IMG/VR virus record: IMGVR_UViG_3300019776_000212
Coordinates: 1 to 64,000 of that record
Length of the DNA: 64,000 nucleotides
Direction: 5' to 3' (one strand)
DNA from: a virus
Each line of letters begins with the position of its first letter. Position 1 is the stretch's first letter. Made by a program: the position numbers and the translations under genes. This document shows positions 1 to 9,666 of this stretch, one piece after another. Below the pieces are notes generated by a model. The model was given only the letters and a program-made list of their open reading frames with translations, ran no database searches and was not told where the DNA came from.

Positions 1-138
1 CGGTGGACCTTGCCACTGCCCCACTCCGTTCTCAGAGTGCGAACTATTCCAGCCAGTTACGATGCCTTACCCCTGTGGTTGAGGCCCAACCTCCACATAC
101 CGAGTGGTCCGGGAAGACCTTGGCTGATCTTCTACTAT

Positions 139-225
139 TGGCAGAGAGAGCTAGAATCGAACTAGAACCGTTTCCAGTCAGAGCGCTTAGCAGGCGACTG
201 TAATCACCAGATTACATCACTCTCT
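139..225 (-). tRNA. tRNA-Ser (GCU)
   Basis: Reverse complement AGAGAGTG...GTCGC-CTGCTAA-GCGCT, long variable arm, GTTCGATT T-loop, ending CTCTCT-G-CCA with encoded CCA. Confidence 0.85.
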
Positions 226-229
226 ATGT

Positions 230-305
230 TGGTCGGGCGTCAGGGAATCGAACCCTGCAAAACTGGTTTAAAAGACCAGTACCTAATGCCGATCGGTCTA
301 CGCCC
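230..305 (-). tRNA. tRNA-Lys (UUU)
   Basis: GGGCGTA...CTGGT-CTTTTAA-ACCAG...GGTTCGATTCC...ACGCCCG-ACCA. Confidence 0.9.
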
Positions 306-678
306 AATTGTAAATCTGGCCCCTCGACTGATTATAGTGGACCTCCCTGTGGCAGTTTGAGCAAAGCAATACGCATTTCTCAAGCTCCTTGAGGATAGCC
401 TCGTCAGTCATGCTCCACCTTTTGTTGATCTGGAAGTCCTTCTGAGAAGGGTCCATGTGGTGGAATTCAAGGGCTGCTTGGCATTTGTCATATCCGCAGA
501 GACGACAAGAGCCACCTTTAAGACTTGTAATGAACTTTGCTCTTTCCTCGTAGCGGTCCATCATGCGTCTGTTAAAACAGACTTTGCATTCAGCCTTGAG
601 TCTACCCGAATCCTTACGTCCCTGAGAGTAAAACTCAGATTCGTCTTTGTGCTCGGAACATCCAGTGCATTGTTTCAT
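298..678 (-). CDS. HNH endonuclease with N-terminal Cys4 zinc finger (probable homing endonuclease)
   Basis: CxxC...CxxC N-terminus; CRLCG...LEFHH...LLCSNCHREVH HNH motif; lies between two tRNAs. Confidence 0.85.
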   Translation of the reverse strand: MKQCTGCSEHKDESEFYSQGRKDSGRLKAECKVCFNRRMMDRYEERAKFITSLKGGSCRLCGYDKCQAALEFHHMDPSQKDFQINKRWSMTDEAILKELEKCVLLCSNCHREVHYNQSRGQIYNWA

Positions 679-692
679 TTAGTCTCCATGTT

Positions 693-766
693 TGGTACTC
701 AGTGGTAGAATCGAACTACCGTCTGCTGCTTGTAAGACAGCGGCCTTCCCATTAGACGAACCGAGC
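693..766 (-). tRNA. tRNA-Val (UAC)
   Basis: GCTCGGT...GCTGT-CTTACAA-GCAGC...GGTAGTTCGATTCTACC-ACTGAGT-ACCA. Confidence 0.9.
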
Positions 767-767
767 T

Positions 768-1103
768 TTATTTCTTACCGCCGAACAGTGCAAAAACTGG
801 AGCTGGAGTTGAATCCGAATCTGGAAGCTCCCCATCACCACCTTCTGCCCTCTGTTCAGCTAGAATCAAAGCCTTATCAGCCTTGAGCATTTCCATATAT
901 AGTTTTGTTAGGTCCATGGCCATCTTGAATTCTTTCTCAGGTGTCATGTCCGTTGTTGTTTGTTGCAGTTCGATCATACGCTCAACAGCGGGACCGAAAG
1001 CCTTGCGTAGAAGGATCAGGCCCTTGGCAAGATCAGACTTCTTAACGCCTTTAGCAGCTTGCTCAGCTAGGGTAGGTCTTCCACCCTTGTTTGGAGTAGT
1101 CAT
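768..1103 (-). CDS. putative terminase small subunit
   Basis: N-terminal KGGRPT motif, helical body, acidic C-terminus, GGAG RBS, sits upstream of the tRNA cluster; inferred from motif and position only. Confidence 0.45.
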   Translation of the reverse strand: MTTPNKGGRPTLAEQAAKGVKKSDLAKGLILLRKAFGPAVERMIELQQTTTDMTPEKEFKMAMDLTKLYMEMLKADKALILAEQRAEGGDGELPDSDSTPAPVFALFGGKK

Positions 1104-1201
1104 TGCTACGCTCCTATATTTGGGTGTCTGGTCAGGTTAAAAAGGAGTAAAAACCCAACCAGACAAAACTTGTTAAGACGGTTTCTTGTCTTGATAAGCC
1201 T

Positions 1202-1230
1202 ATTGTACACCTGAAACCGCATGCTGTCAA
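1202..1230 (-). promoter_or_regulatory. sigma70-like promoter for the terminase/tRNA unit
   Basis: TTGACA-N17-TACAAT on the minus strand. Confidence 0.7.
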
Positions 1231-1258
1231 TCACTTTGTGATAACTATTATACACCAG

Positions 1259-1450
1259 TCACTCAGAAGCTTTCATGGCTGTCACGCCCTCCACTGGGTT
1301 GGTTCCACCAACATACTCCCGCTCTGTGTGCGAGTTGTATGCGAGGTAGATGCAAGTGGCACACAAGTCTTCTTCTAGCCCTGTGTGTATATTTCTTCTT
1401 GGTCTATGGTATTGAGTTAGTGGATTATTGCAGCAGATACATCTGGACAT
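1259..1450 (-). CDS. small Cys-rich (zinc-ribbon) hypothetical protein
   Basis: CICC...CATC; AAGGA RBS. Confidence 0.6.
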   Translation of the reverse strand: MSRCICCNNPLTQYHRPRRNIHTGLEEDLCATCIYLAYNSHTEREYVGGTNPVEGVTAMKASE

Positions 1451-1554
1451 TTCAAATCCTTATGCGGTAGGTGGGTTTATAAGACACAATAACCTATTCT
1501 TATTTTACAGTTATTGTTTTAGGAGGGTTTTATGGATGTTGTAGTAGATCTCTA

Positions 1555-1855
1555 CACTCCTGCGGATGAGTTTCACATTCGGAAGGTAGAACAACCCTAA
1601 GGGATTGCCATACTCAAAATGAGCCTAAGACAAAACCTTGGGTCTACCTTCCCTGTATTCTGCGGATCGAGAACACAATCGGCCAGCATGGGCTGGAGAC
1701 GCTTTCGCGTCAGGCTCCTGTCATTCCCACAACTCTGTGGTCCCTCTACGCTATAACAGGATTCGAACTCAGCTTGGGCGTGTAGAAACTCTTCGTACCC
1801 ATAATCTCAGTGGCCGGTGAGTGTGCCTTTCGGCTGACATATCTCTCCACTGACT
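1555..1855 (-). ncRNA. candidate structured non-coding RNA
   Basis: Directly downstream of a minus-strand TTGACA..TACTAT promoter (about 1860-1888); several stems, two GAAA tetraloops, no credible ORF. Confidence 0.55.
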
Positions 1856-1894
1856 TTCCAATAGTAACCCCGAACCTGTCCAGTGTCAAGGCTA

Positions 1895-1924
1895 TTGACA
1901 AGAATTACCACAGTGGTGTACAAT
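1895..1924 (+). promoter_or_regulatory. sigma70-like promoter, divergent from the leftward promoter at about 1860-1888
   Basis: TTGACA-N18-TACAAT. Confidence 0.65.
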
Positions 1925-1950
1925 GCGTAAATCAACCACAGGAGATTCAC

Positions 1951-2385
1951 ATGACTTCCCAAGTAAACACTATTCAGGTGGCAGAGGGCAACCCTATTGT
2001 CTTCTTCCAAGAGATCCAGAAGCACATTCAGAACGGGTTCTACGTCACACAAGACATTGCAGGTTATCCTGTGATGGGGTGGCCAAGCTACATTACTCTG
2101 TTTGAAATCGATGAACCAGAGCTTAAGAATAAGCTTGACGACAGCGTCCACACTGTCGTAGTGGAAGGCTGGAACATTCTGACGTTCCTGCTGGATCTGC
2201 AAAACGTTGTACAGCAAGGGTTTGAGATGGACCCAAACAAAGTTCTTTTTGGAGACTTCAAAAGCTTTGTATTCACAAAGCGACAAGCTGTAAAGATTGA
2301 CCTCAACCCAACCCCCAAGACTGAGGAGATTCCAACTGAGGAAGTCAAGCCAGTACGTAAAGCACGAGCTAAGAAAGGAGAGTAA
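1951..2385 (+). CDS. hypothetical protein
   Basis: AGGAG RBS before ATG 1951; Lys-rich tail. Confidence 0.7.
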   Translation: MTSQVNTIQVAEGNPIVFFQEIQKHIQNGFYVTQDIAGYPVMGWPSYITLFEIDEPELKNKLDDSVHTVVVEGWNILTFLLDLQNVVQQGFEMDPNKVLFGDFKSFVFTKRQAVKIDLNPTPKTEEIPTEEVKPVRKARAKKGE

Positions 2386-2387
2386 AT

Positions 2388-2777
2388 ATGTCTGATGTAA
2401 AAGTTACAAAAGCACAACAAGAGTTTTTCGCAGAGTTTTCCAAGGACAGCGTTAAGCAAATCCTCGGCCCAATCCTTGAGTTTCGTGGATTGGAGGGTGT
2501 AAACGATGAGATGCTGGAAGCTGTAGTAGCTCAGGTAGATCTGAAAGATCTGACTCTTGCTATTGCAAGAGGCTTCCTTGAGCGTGTAGAGTTCACAACA
2601 TTGAAGCGTGTAGACAAGTTCATGCGAGGTGAGGAATTTGCAGCTGTAGCTGAGGCTTCCCGTGAAGTTAATGCCCTTGTACAATCGGCGCTTATTGAGG
2701 TGATCGCTCCACTTATCCCGCTGACGCCAGAGGAGCAAGCGGAGAAGGATAAGCGAGAAGAAACTAAAGCTGAGTAA
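2388..2777 (+). CDS. hypothetical protein
   Basis: AAGGAG RBS; followed by terminator AGGGGC-TTAG-GCCCCTTTT. Confidence 0.7.
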   Translation: MSDVKVTKAQQEFFAEFSKDSVKQILGPILEFRGLEGVNDEMLEAVVAQVDLKDLTLAIARGFLERVEFTTLKRVDKFMRGEEFAAVAEASREVNALVQSALIEVIAPLIPLTPEEQAEKDKREETKAE

Positions 2778-2823
2778 TGACTAGGGGCTTAGGCCCCTTT
2801 TCTTTTGTCTAGAAGGAGGGTGT

Positions 2824-3405
2824 ATGGAACAAGAGGATATGAACATCATGGTGACAACCAAAGTCACCAGCACATACGACATTCGAATCAATCGAGATAT
2901 TGACACGCCAGAACACTTCACAAAAGAGCTTGTGGCAATCGAACAAGCTCAGCAAGAGGATGAAATCAATCTCCACCTCTGTACTGATGGAGGCAGCGTG
3001 CACACAGCTTTGCTGCTCCGTAAAGCTCTGGTTAAGAGTCCGGCAAAGACAAAGGCATTCATCGGACCAAACTGCTGCTCCGCTGGCTCTCTGCTTGCAC
3101 TGTCCTGCGATGAGTGGGAGATTGATGAATGGAGTACAATGATGGTGCACAGTGCTACGTTTGGTGTATTCGGTAAGCATCACGAACTCAAGGGTCAGTT
3201 TGAGTTTAAGGATCGCTACTTGACTCGGATGATCCAGACAGTGTATGCTGGGTTCCTTAGTGAGTCTGAGATTCAGCAGGTGTTGGATGGTAAGGACTTC
3301 TGGTTTGAAGCTGATGAGCTGTCAGAACGTCTCACATACTTTGCTGAGTACCGAAAAGCACTTTATGAAGCTGAAATGCTTGACACAGCAACGCCAGAGG
3401 CGTAA
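2824..3405 (+). CDS. ClpP-like serine protease
   Basis: LCTDGGSV, CCSAGSLL (Ser), MMVHS (His), KDFWFEA. Confidence 0.85.
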   Translation: MEQEDMNIMVTTKVTSTYDIRINRDIDTPEHFTKELVAIEQAQQEDEINLHLCTDGGSVHTALLLRKALVKSPAKTKAFIGPNCCSAGSLLALSCDEWEIDEWSTMMVHSATFGVFGKHHELKGQFEFKDRYLTRMIQTVYAGFLSESEIQQVLDGKDFWFEADELSERLTYFAEYRKALYEAEMLDTATPEA

Positions 3406-3424
3406 GCTTCACAAATACAAACAA

Positions 3425-3455
3425 GGCCCTGCTCACGCTGGGCCATTTTTACGCC
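3425..3455 (+). repeat. dispersed 31-bp hairpin/U-tract element, copy 1
   Basis: GGCCCTGCTCACGCTGGGCCATTTTTACGCC; near-identical copies at 7354, 12754 and 60711(-). Confidence 0.9.
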
Positions 3456-3466
3456 CGGAGGATAGT

Positions 3467-3715
3467 ATGCAAGCATACAAGCTTGGTGATCTACACAACC
3501 TGATGATGGGGCAGAAAGTGAAAGCCCCCTACATGCTTGGAAATGGCCACGATTGGAACCGTGGTTATGAGGCTGGGTATTATAAATCTCAGCAAGACAT
3601 GAGCCTTATTGCCATCCGTTATGAAGCCTACACAAAAGAGCTTGAAAAGATGTTGACGGCAGTTGGTGTACATGAGAACATTCTCGCACAAATTCAGAAG
3701 GAGCTTCTGCTGTGA
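3467..3715 (+). CDS. hypothetical protein
   Basis: GGAGG RBS; chained ORFs follow (3712-3930, 3927-4268, 4517-4729). Confidence 0.65.
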   Translation: MQAYKLGDLHNLMMGQKVKAPYMLGNGHDWNRGYEAGYYKSQQDMSLIAIRYEAYTKELEKMLTAVGVHENILAQIQKELLL

Positions 3716-3926
3716 CACTTCACAACGAGATCATGAATATCACCGTAATGAACGTCAAGATCCCAAGGGGTAAGTTTGGCGAAATGCCTTACAAGCTCGG
3801 CCACCGAGATGCGCGACATGCAGCGGCTGAGTTGTCATTGAAGTATGAACGGTACATCGAGCTTCTGGAGGATCATCTGGAAGACGTTGATGACCTGCTG
3901 TTTGATCTGCGTAAGGAGGCTGGCCT

Positions 3927-4268
3927 GTGAAGAAAGATTTGTTCACTCAGCGTCGTGAGCGTATCGCAGAAATTGGTGATCAACGTGGCGTGTATAACGT
4001 TGACGGGCAGAAGATTACCATCGTAGACTACGAAGAGTTTACTCGACTTGACCATGTACCAGCTGCCACTTGGTTTGTAAAGGATGCCTCGGGTATGTTC
4101 ATCTACATCCATACATCGAAGCGTGACAAGGCTCAAGAGTTTGTTGATGAAGAGTACGGAGTTGGTCGTTACACAGTGAATGCTTCCAAGATTCAGAAGG
4201 GTAAGCCACTGGGTGAGAACAGCAAGCCAGCATTCGGCACAGCAACTCGTCGGGGTCAGAAACGGTGA
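3927..4268 (+). CDS. hypothetical protein
   Basis: AAGGAGG RBS, GTG start overlapping the upstream stop. Confidence 0.65.
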   Translation: MKKDLFTQRRERIAEIGDQRGVYNVDGQKITIVDYEEFTRLDHVPAATWFVKDASGMFIYIHTSKRDKAQEFVDEEYGVGRYTVNASKIQKGKPLGENSKPAFGTATRRGQKR

Positions 4269-4725
4269 TATCTTGCATCTCGTGCAAGAAGCCTATGACG
4301 CTGTGGGGCACTTTCTGCTGGAAGTGTCATCACTGTAACAACACAATTTGGATTGGGAGGTTTGGGCCACAATGAAGATAATCCCAAACACACCGGGCGG
4401 CTGGATTGATTTCGTCCAGAAGGTGAAAGAACACATCGGCAGAGACTTGACAGACCTTGAGTACAAGGAGATCATGCAGCTCTACGTTAAAGGAAAGAAA
4501 CCGGAGGATTTTAAGAATGACACTGAATGAACTGGCTGTAATCATCGAGCGGGCCATCGGCAACGGACATGGTGAAGCACAGGTTGTGTACGGGGACGTA
4601 AATGGCTACGTCCGAGCTGGCAGTGACAGCGTAGGTATTGGGTTTGTAGAAGACCCTTCCGAGTATATAATGGAACCTTGTGATGAAGATTGCGAAACGG
4701 CCACGAAAGTGTTCGTAATCACCGA

Positions 4726-5142
4726 ATGAAGGCTAAGCACATCAGGGCATACATGGAGTGTGCCCATGCCTTTGCTCGTTGCAGCACAGCGACAAGACTT
4801 CAAGTTGGGGCTGTGCTCGTGAAGCAGAACCGCATCATCTCATGTGGCTATAATGCCCTCCCAGAGGCTCTGGATGGCCCCTGTGAAGACGAAAATGGCA
4901 ATACAAGACCTGAGGTACGTCATGCAGAGGAAAACGCTCTTAGGGCGCTTGTACGCTCCCCTGAGAGCGCTGTAGGGGCCACAATGTTCGTTACACACTG
5001 GTGCTGCTTGCAATGTGCAATTGATGTTGTTGACGCAGGTGTCGTAACCGTGTATGTTGACAATCCGTACCGAAGCCCTGATGGGCTGAGATATCTCAGG
5101 GATAACGAAGTGGAGGTGATTCACTATGAAGATCCAGTTTAA
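4726..5142 (+). CDS. dCMP deaminase
   Basis: VGAVLVK...GYN...HAEENA...THWCCLQCA zinc-deaminase motifs. Confidence 0.9.
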   Translation: MKAKHIRAYMECAHAFARCSTATRLQVGAVLVKQNRIISCGYNALPEALDGPCEDENGNTRPEVRHAEENALRALVRSPESAVGATMFVTHWCCLQCAIDVVDAGVVTVYVDNPYRSPDGLRYLRDNEVEVIHYEDPV

Positions 5143-5449
5143 TGTGGAGTTGGCAGATAAGCTCGGGCTCTCTGAGGAAACTCGGGAAGAGTTGAAGAAT
5201 GTGTACGATCACCTGTCGGATGCACTCACGAACCCAGATAACTACGAGAACGTGCCCGCGCACGTTACAGATCTGGAGTCCACGCTCCAGATGTTGTGGG
5301 GTTTCCCGACAGACAAGAAGTTCCACTATTACAACCTGCACATCAAGGGTTGTCGTTGCCCTGAGCTTGACAACATGGAAATGGTGGGGCACTCCGAGCG
5401 CCGTTTCGTTTCCGTTTCGTGTCCAATTCACAAAGGAGTAGCATGGTGA
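5126..5449 (+). CDS. hypothetical protein (Cys/His-rich C-terminus)
   Basis: GCRCPELDN...SCPIH; overlapping start/stop chain. Confidence 0.65.
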   Translation: MKIQFNVELADKLGLSEETREELKNVYDHLSDALTNPDNYENVPAHVTDLESTLQMLWGFPTDKKFHYYNLHIKGCRCPELDNMEMVGHSERRFVSVSCPIHKGVAW

Positions 5450-5681
5450 GTAAAGACGTATCTGGTAAAGAGTTGAATGTGGGCGATACCGTAGCGTATT
5501 GCCTTGGTGGCAAGGGGACGCAGATGCGGACTGGCAAAGTGTTGCGTATGACTGGCAAGTCTGTGATCATCGCAGCCAAAGACCTTCGGTATCGTTGGGA
5601 TGGTCGTGGTTACACTGAGTTCACTGATGACGTTGAAGTGATTCGTGCATTCGACGCTGTGTCGAAAGTGGAGGTGGTTCA

Positions 5682-6932
5682 ATGAGCGAGGTATTTCGTC
5701 AGAAGCTGTACGGTCTTGAGAAAGGTGGCAAGTACAAGGTGTGGGAGATTTTCGTCCTGAACCACGGTGATGAGTCTGAAATGACAATCTATCACGGTCA
5801 GGAAGGTGGGGCACAGACCCAAAAGACTGACATGTTTGACCTTGGCAATCAAGGTCGTGGGCACTACGAACAAGCTGTGTTCGAAGCTCGTGCACGCATC
5901 AAGAAGCAACTGGACAAGAACTACCGCGCCACCAAAGAAGAACTGACCGATCTGCCAGTGCTGGCGATGCTGTCTAAAGACCACACCAAAGATGGGAAGG
6001 ACGAAACTGTAGAGCAAGGCGTATACACCTCCCGTAAGTTGGATGGTGTGCGTTGCTTGGCCAAGTGCGTGAAAAAGCTGAGTGGTGTTGATATCATCAT
6101 TGAGTCTCGCACTGGACAGCCGTATGATGTTCCACATATTGTGGCAGAGCTTCGTAAGTTTATGAAGCCGGGTGACATTCTGGATGGCGAGCTTTACGTG
6201 CATGGACCAAGCCTGCAAGAAATCACCTCTGCGGTGAAGCGTACTGACGCCCAAGAGAAATACAGCAAGGCTTTCACGAAGCTGGAGAAAGCTATCACTG
6301 CCTTTGAGAAAACTGGCAAACCGTATGCGAACAAGCTGCGGGAAGATGCGGCAGAAGCCTTGCACATCGCCACGATTCGTGACATGCTTGAGTTCCACGT
6401 GTTTGACCTCGTGGAAATGGAGGTGCCGTTCAGCCATCGTGTGTTCCGTCTGAACAAGTATGCTGAGCAGAATTTTGTTGACTTCGTCCACATTGTTGTT
6501 GTACCTTACGACTACGCTGATAGCATTGAAGACCTCAATGATCTTCTGAAACGGTATGTGAACGAAGGCTACGAAGGCTTGATGTACCGCACACAAGATG
6601 GCCTGTACGAAAGCGGTAAGCGTTCGTCTGGTTTGTGGAAGTACAAGCTGTTCTTCGATGAAGAGTTCAAAATCATTGGAGTAGGTGTTGACAAGCAGGG
6701 GTACGCTGTGTTCCAATTGCTCAATAACGTAAACGATGAAGAGTTCAACTGCGTACTGGGCGACTACAACTGGCGTACAGAAGCAGCGAAGCAAAAAGAG
6801 CTTTACATCGGTAAGTGGATGACTGTACAATACCAGTCACGATACAAAGGAACACTGCTTCCGCAGTTTCCGAGTGGAAAAGTGATTCGAGAGGGCGTCG
6901 TCAAGAACGGCATCTTCACACCAACTGAATAA
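5682..6932 (+). CDS. ATP-dependent DNA ligase
   Basis: SRKLDGVRC (KxDG), LDGELY, FHVFDL, EGLMYR, KYK, PQFP. Confidence 0.93.
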   Translation: MSEVFRQKLYGLEKGGKYKVWEIFVLNHGDESEMTIYHGQEGGAQTQKTDMFDLGNQGRGHYEQAVFEARARIKKQLDKNYRATKEELTDLPVLAMLSKDHTKDGKDETVEQGVYTSRKLDGVRCLAKCVKKLSGVDIIIESRTGQPYDVPHIVAELRKFMKPGDILDGELYVHGPSLQEITSAVKRTDAQEKYSKAFTKLEKAITAFEKTGKPYANKLREDAAEALHIATIRDMLEFHVFDLVEMEVPFSHRVFRLNKYAEQNFVDFVHIVVVPYDYADSIEDLNDLLKRYVNEGYEGLMYRTQDGLYESGKRSSGLWKYKLFFDEEFKIIGVGVDKQGYAVFQLLNNVNDEEFNCVLGDYNWRTEAAKQKELYIGKWMTVQYQSRYKGTLLPQFPSGKVIREGVVKNGIFTPTE

Positions 6933-6943
6933 GGAGAAATAGA

Positions 6944-7345
6944 ATGACCCAATTTGTACTGAAAGACACCGTTCGTGCACAGATCCAATCTGTCATCAAC
7001 TTCATGAACGTTCTGGGCTTCCAGCCTCTGCGTAAAAACCTGAGCTTTGTTAACATTGCCGACGGTAATAGTGCAGCAGCTGTCGTAAGTCTGGCAACAG
7101 CCACCAAGCTGCACAACAGCACCCTGCAAGACTGGAATCTGGTTGACGGAACCGAGATTTGTGTGCACACTGGCACCAACCTGCAAATCGGCTGGAACAT
7201 TCAAACTGTCCTGCTGGCAGATGCATCTCGACTGGTTGAGAAGAGCAAAGTGTCTGTTGACCGACGTGGCAACATCATCATGAATAGCGAAAACGCTCAT
7301 CTTGTGAAAGCTGCAAACCAACGGGTACAGACCCTGCTGGGTTGA
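6944..7345 (+). CDS. hypothetical protein
   Basis: AAGGAG RBS, phage-like codon usage. Confidence 0.7.
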   Translation: MTQFVLKDTVRAQIQSVINFMNVLGFQPLRKNLSFVNIADGNSAAAVVSLATATKLHNSTLQDWNLVDGTEICVHTGTNLQIGWNIQTVLLADASRLVEKSKVSVDRRGNIIMNSENAHLVKAANQRVQTLLG

Positions 7346-7353
7346 CACTGAAA

Positions 7354-7384
7354 GGCCCTGCTCACGCGGGGCCATTTTTACGCC
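7354..7384 (+). repeat. dispersed 31-bp element, copy 2
   Basis: GGCCCTGCTCACGCGGGGCCATTTTTACGCC. Confidence 0.9.
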
Positions 7385-7403
7385 TGAATTAAAGGAGCAG
7401 TAG

Positions 7404-7895
7404 ATGAACACTCTTGGCATGAAGTATCAGAAACTCCCACTTTACGAGACCGCTTGCCGTATGGCAGTTAAATGGCACTCTGAGCAGACGTATGGAGATA
7501 GTGGTAAGCCTTACATCTACCACCTTGTGTGTGTAGCTCGAATTGTAATGGCTCGTAACTCTCACCTTCCTGACGAACAGCTTGATAAGCTGATGACACT
7601 TGCCATGCTTCATGATATTTTGGAAGACACCGAGTGCGATCTGTTCCACTTCCAAGAGAGTGGCATTCCAATCGAGATCGGCATTGCTGCTGTGGCTATC
7701 ACCAAACAAGAGGGAGAGAAGAAGCGCACCTATCTCAAGCGCTGTGCAAATGATTCGCTTGCACTGGAAGTGAAGATTTGCGATACTCTCACAAACTTGG
7801 AGCACAGTGTAAAGGCCCGGTCCTTTAAGCGTATTGACAAATACGCTGATCAACTCCGTTATCTGAACGAACGTCAACGACAGGAGCAGAAATGA
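7404..7895 (+). CDS. HD-domain hydrolase, SpoT/Mesh1-like small alarmone hydrolase family
   Basis: H..Q..GKPYIYHL, MLHDILEDT, VKICD..N. Confidence 0.8.
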   Translation: MNTLGMKYQKLPLYETACRMAVKWHSEQTYGDSGKPYIYHLVCVARIVMARNSHLPDEQLDKLMTLAMLHDILEDTECDLFHFQESGIPIEIGIAAVAITKQEGEKKRTYLKRCANDSLALEVKICDTLTNLEHSVKARSFKRIDKYADQLRYLNERQRQEQK

Positions 7896-8482
7896 GCATC
7901 ACAATCAAAGACGAAAGCACTGTGTTCTTCACCAGTGACCTGCACTTCCACCACAAGAACATCGTGGAATACTCGGGGCGCCCTTGGACAACTGAAACAC
8001 AGACCGAGGAAATCATCAAGCGTTGGAATGGTCGAGTAGGTCCAACTGACCACGTGTTCCACCTTGGGGATTTCAGCTTCTCCAGCTACAAACAGATTGG
8101 TCGTGTAACTGAAATCATCCGCGAGCTTCAAGGTGTACACTACTACATCAGCGGAAACCACTGCGACCATAAGATGTGGCGTGAGATTGGGGCTAAAGAG
8201 TTTCCTTGGGTAGAGTATGTTGGCCCGTATCTGGAAGCCCGCATCGGCGAAAATCGTCAGAAGGTGTGCATGTTCCACTATCCAATGGAGATTTGGAACG
8301 GTATGCACCACGGTGCTTGGCACCTGCACGGCCACTGCCACGGCTCTTTGCCAGCAGTTGGAAAACGTTTGGACGTTGGTCTTGACAACCACCCTGACTT
8401 CCAAGTATTTTCCTTCGAAGAAATTAAAGCACATATGGACAAACAGCCAATTGTGATCAAAGACCGCCACACAGGAGAATGA
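7892..8482 (+). CDS. calcineurin-like metallophosphoesterase
   Basis: TSDLHF, HLGDF, GNH, LHGHCH. Confidence 0.9.
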   Translation: MSITIKDESTVFFTSDLHFHHKNIVEYSGRPWTTETQTEEIIKRWNGRVGPTDHVFHLGDFSFSSYKQIGRVTEIIRELQGVHYYISGNHCDHKMWREIGAKEFPWVEYVGPYLEARIGENRQKVCMFHYPMEIWNGMHHGAWHLHGHCHGSLPAVGKRLDVGLDNHPDFQVFSFEEIKAHMDKQPIVIKDRHTGE

Positions 8483-8751
8483 TGATGATTAAAGTACGTG
8501 AAGCAGCAAAAATACTGGAGTACTTTTAATGGCTAAGCTCGTAATTGAAACCGGGATGCAACTCCCACCAGAGCTTGGGCCGGGAGTCCTTATGATCCAC
8601 AATGAACAACCTCCGATGGTCGTGATTGTTGACGAGGTGGTGGACGGAGGTGCTGCGTTCTTTGGGACAGCTCTTGATACTGGCCACCGAATCGAGTATG
8701 ATGCAAGCCAATTCAAACCATTCATCGGTAAACTGACTCTGGAGCAATGAC

Positions 8752-9666
8752 ATGAAACTGCATTTGAGCATGTACGCTGACCTGATTAGCCAAGGGCTTG
8801 TGAAGGCAAAGAAGGACGAGTCCACCGGACGAGTAATCATCAAGTATGCACGTAAGGTGTTCTACAACAACCTCTGGTTGCAACACCCTCTGTTGGTAGA
8901 GGCTCGCGGGCATGTCTTCGATGCAGAAACTGGCGAACTGATTGTGGCACCTCCAACCAAGGTGTTCAACCTGCACGAGAACGGAACGACTGTAGACCCA
9001 GCCTATCTTGTTGATGTTGTTCGTAAGGTTAACGGCTTCTTGGCCTGCGTGACGTTCATTGATGGTGAAATGTTGGTATCTACAACTGGCAGCCTTGAGA
9101 GTGACTTTGTACACATGGCACGTAAGCATCTCGATAAGTTGGACTGGGCTGCAATCGGGAAGCCAGAAGGCCAGACTTTCCACTTCGAGATTTGTGATGA
9201 AGGTGACCCACACATCACAGCCGAGATTCCGGGTGCATACCTCATCGGGCAACGTGCACATAGCGATCTGTCCTCTGCAATGGAGTTCCATCTGGACGAC
9301 ACTGCATATCATCTGAAAGCCATGCGACCGGGGTGGTGGTCTTGCTTGTTCGGTAAGGTTCTGGAAACTTTGAAGGATGTGAAGCACGAAGGTTTCATGA
9401 TTCGTCACGGCATCACCAGTGAAACTCTGGTGAAGCTGAAAAGCCCACACTACCTCACTAAGAAATTCCTGATGCGAATGAATAGCCTCAAGGTGGTTCA
9501 GATGTTCACAGACAAAGAGGGATTCCTGAAAACGGTTGATGAAGAGTTTTACAGCGTGGTTCACAAGATTACACGATACCACACCCTTGAGTCGTGGGGT
9601 GCAGCAATGGACGACCAAGAACGTCGTCGTTATATCGAAGATTACTTTGAGGATCGTCAATCATGA
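8752..9666 (+). CDS. RNA ligase (Rnl1-like)
   Basis: EARG, PPTKVFN, RKVNG (motif I variant), FEI, HEGF, KLKS. Confidence 0.8.
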   Translation: MKLHLSMYADLISQGLVKAKKDESTGRVIIKYARKVFYNNLWLQHPLLVEARGHVFDAETGELIVAPPTKVFNLHENGTTVDPAYLVDVVRKVNGFLACVTFIDGEMLVSTTGSLESDFVHMARKHLDKLDWAAIGKPEGQTFHFEICDEGDPHITAEIPGAYLIGQRAHSDLSSAMEFHLDDTAYHLKAMRPGWWSCLFGKVLETLKDVKHEGFMIRHGITSETLVKLKSPHYLTKKFLMRMNSLKVVQMFTDKEGFLKTVDEEFYSVVHKITRYHTLESWGAAMDDQERRRYIEDYFEDRQS

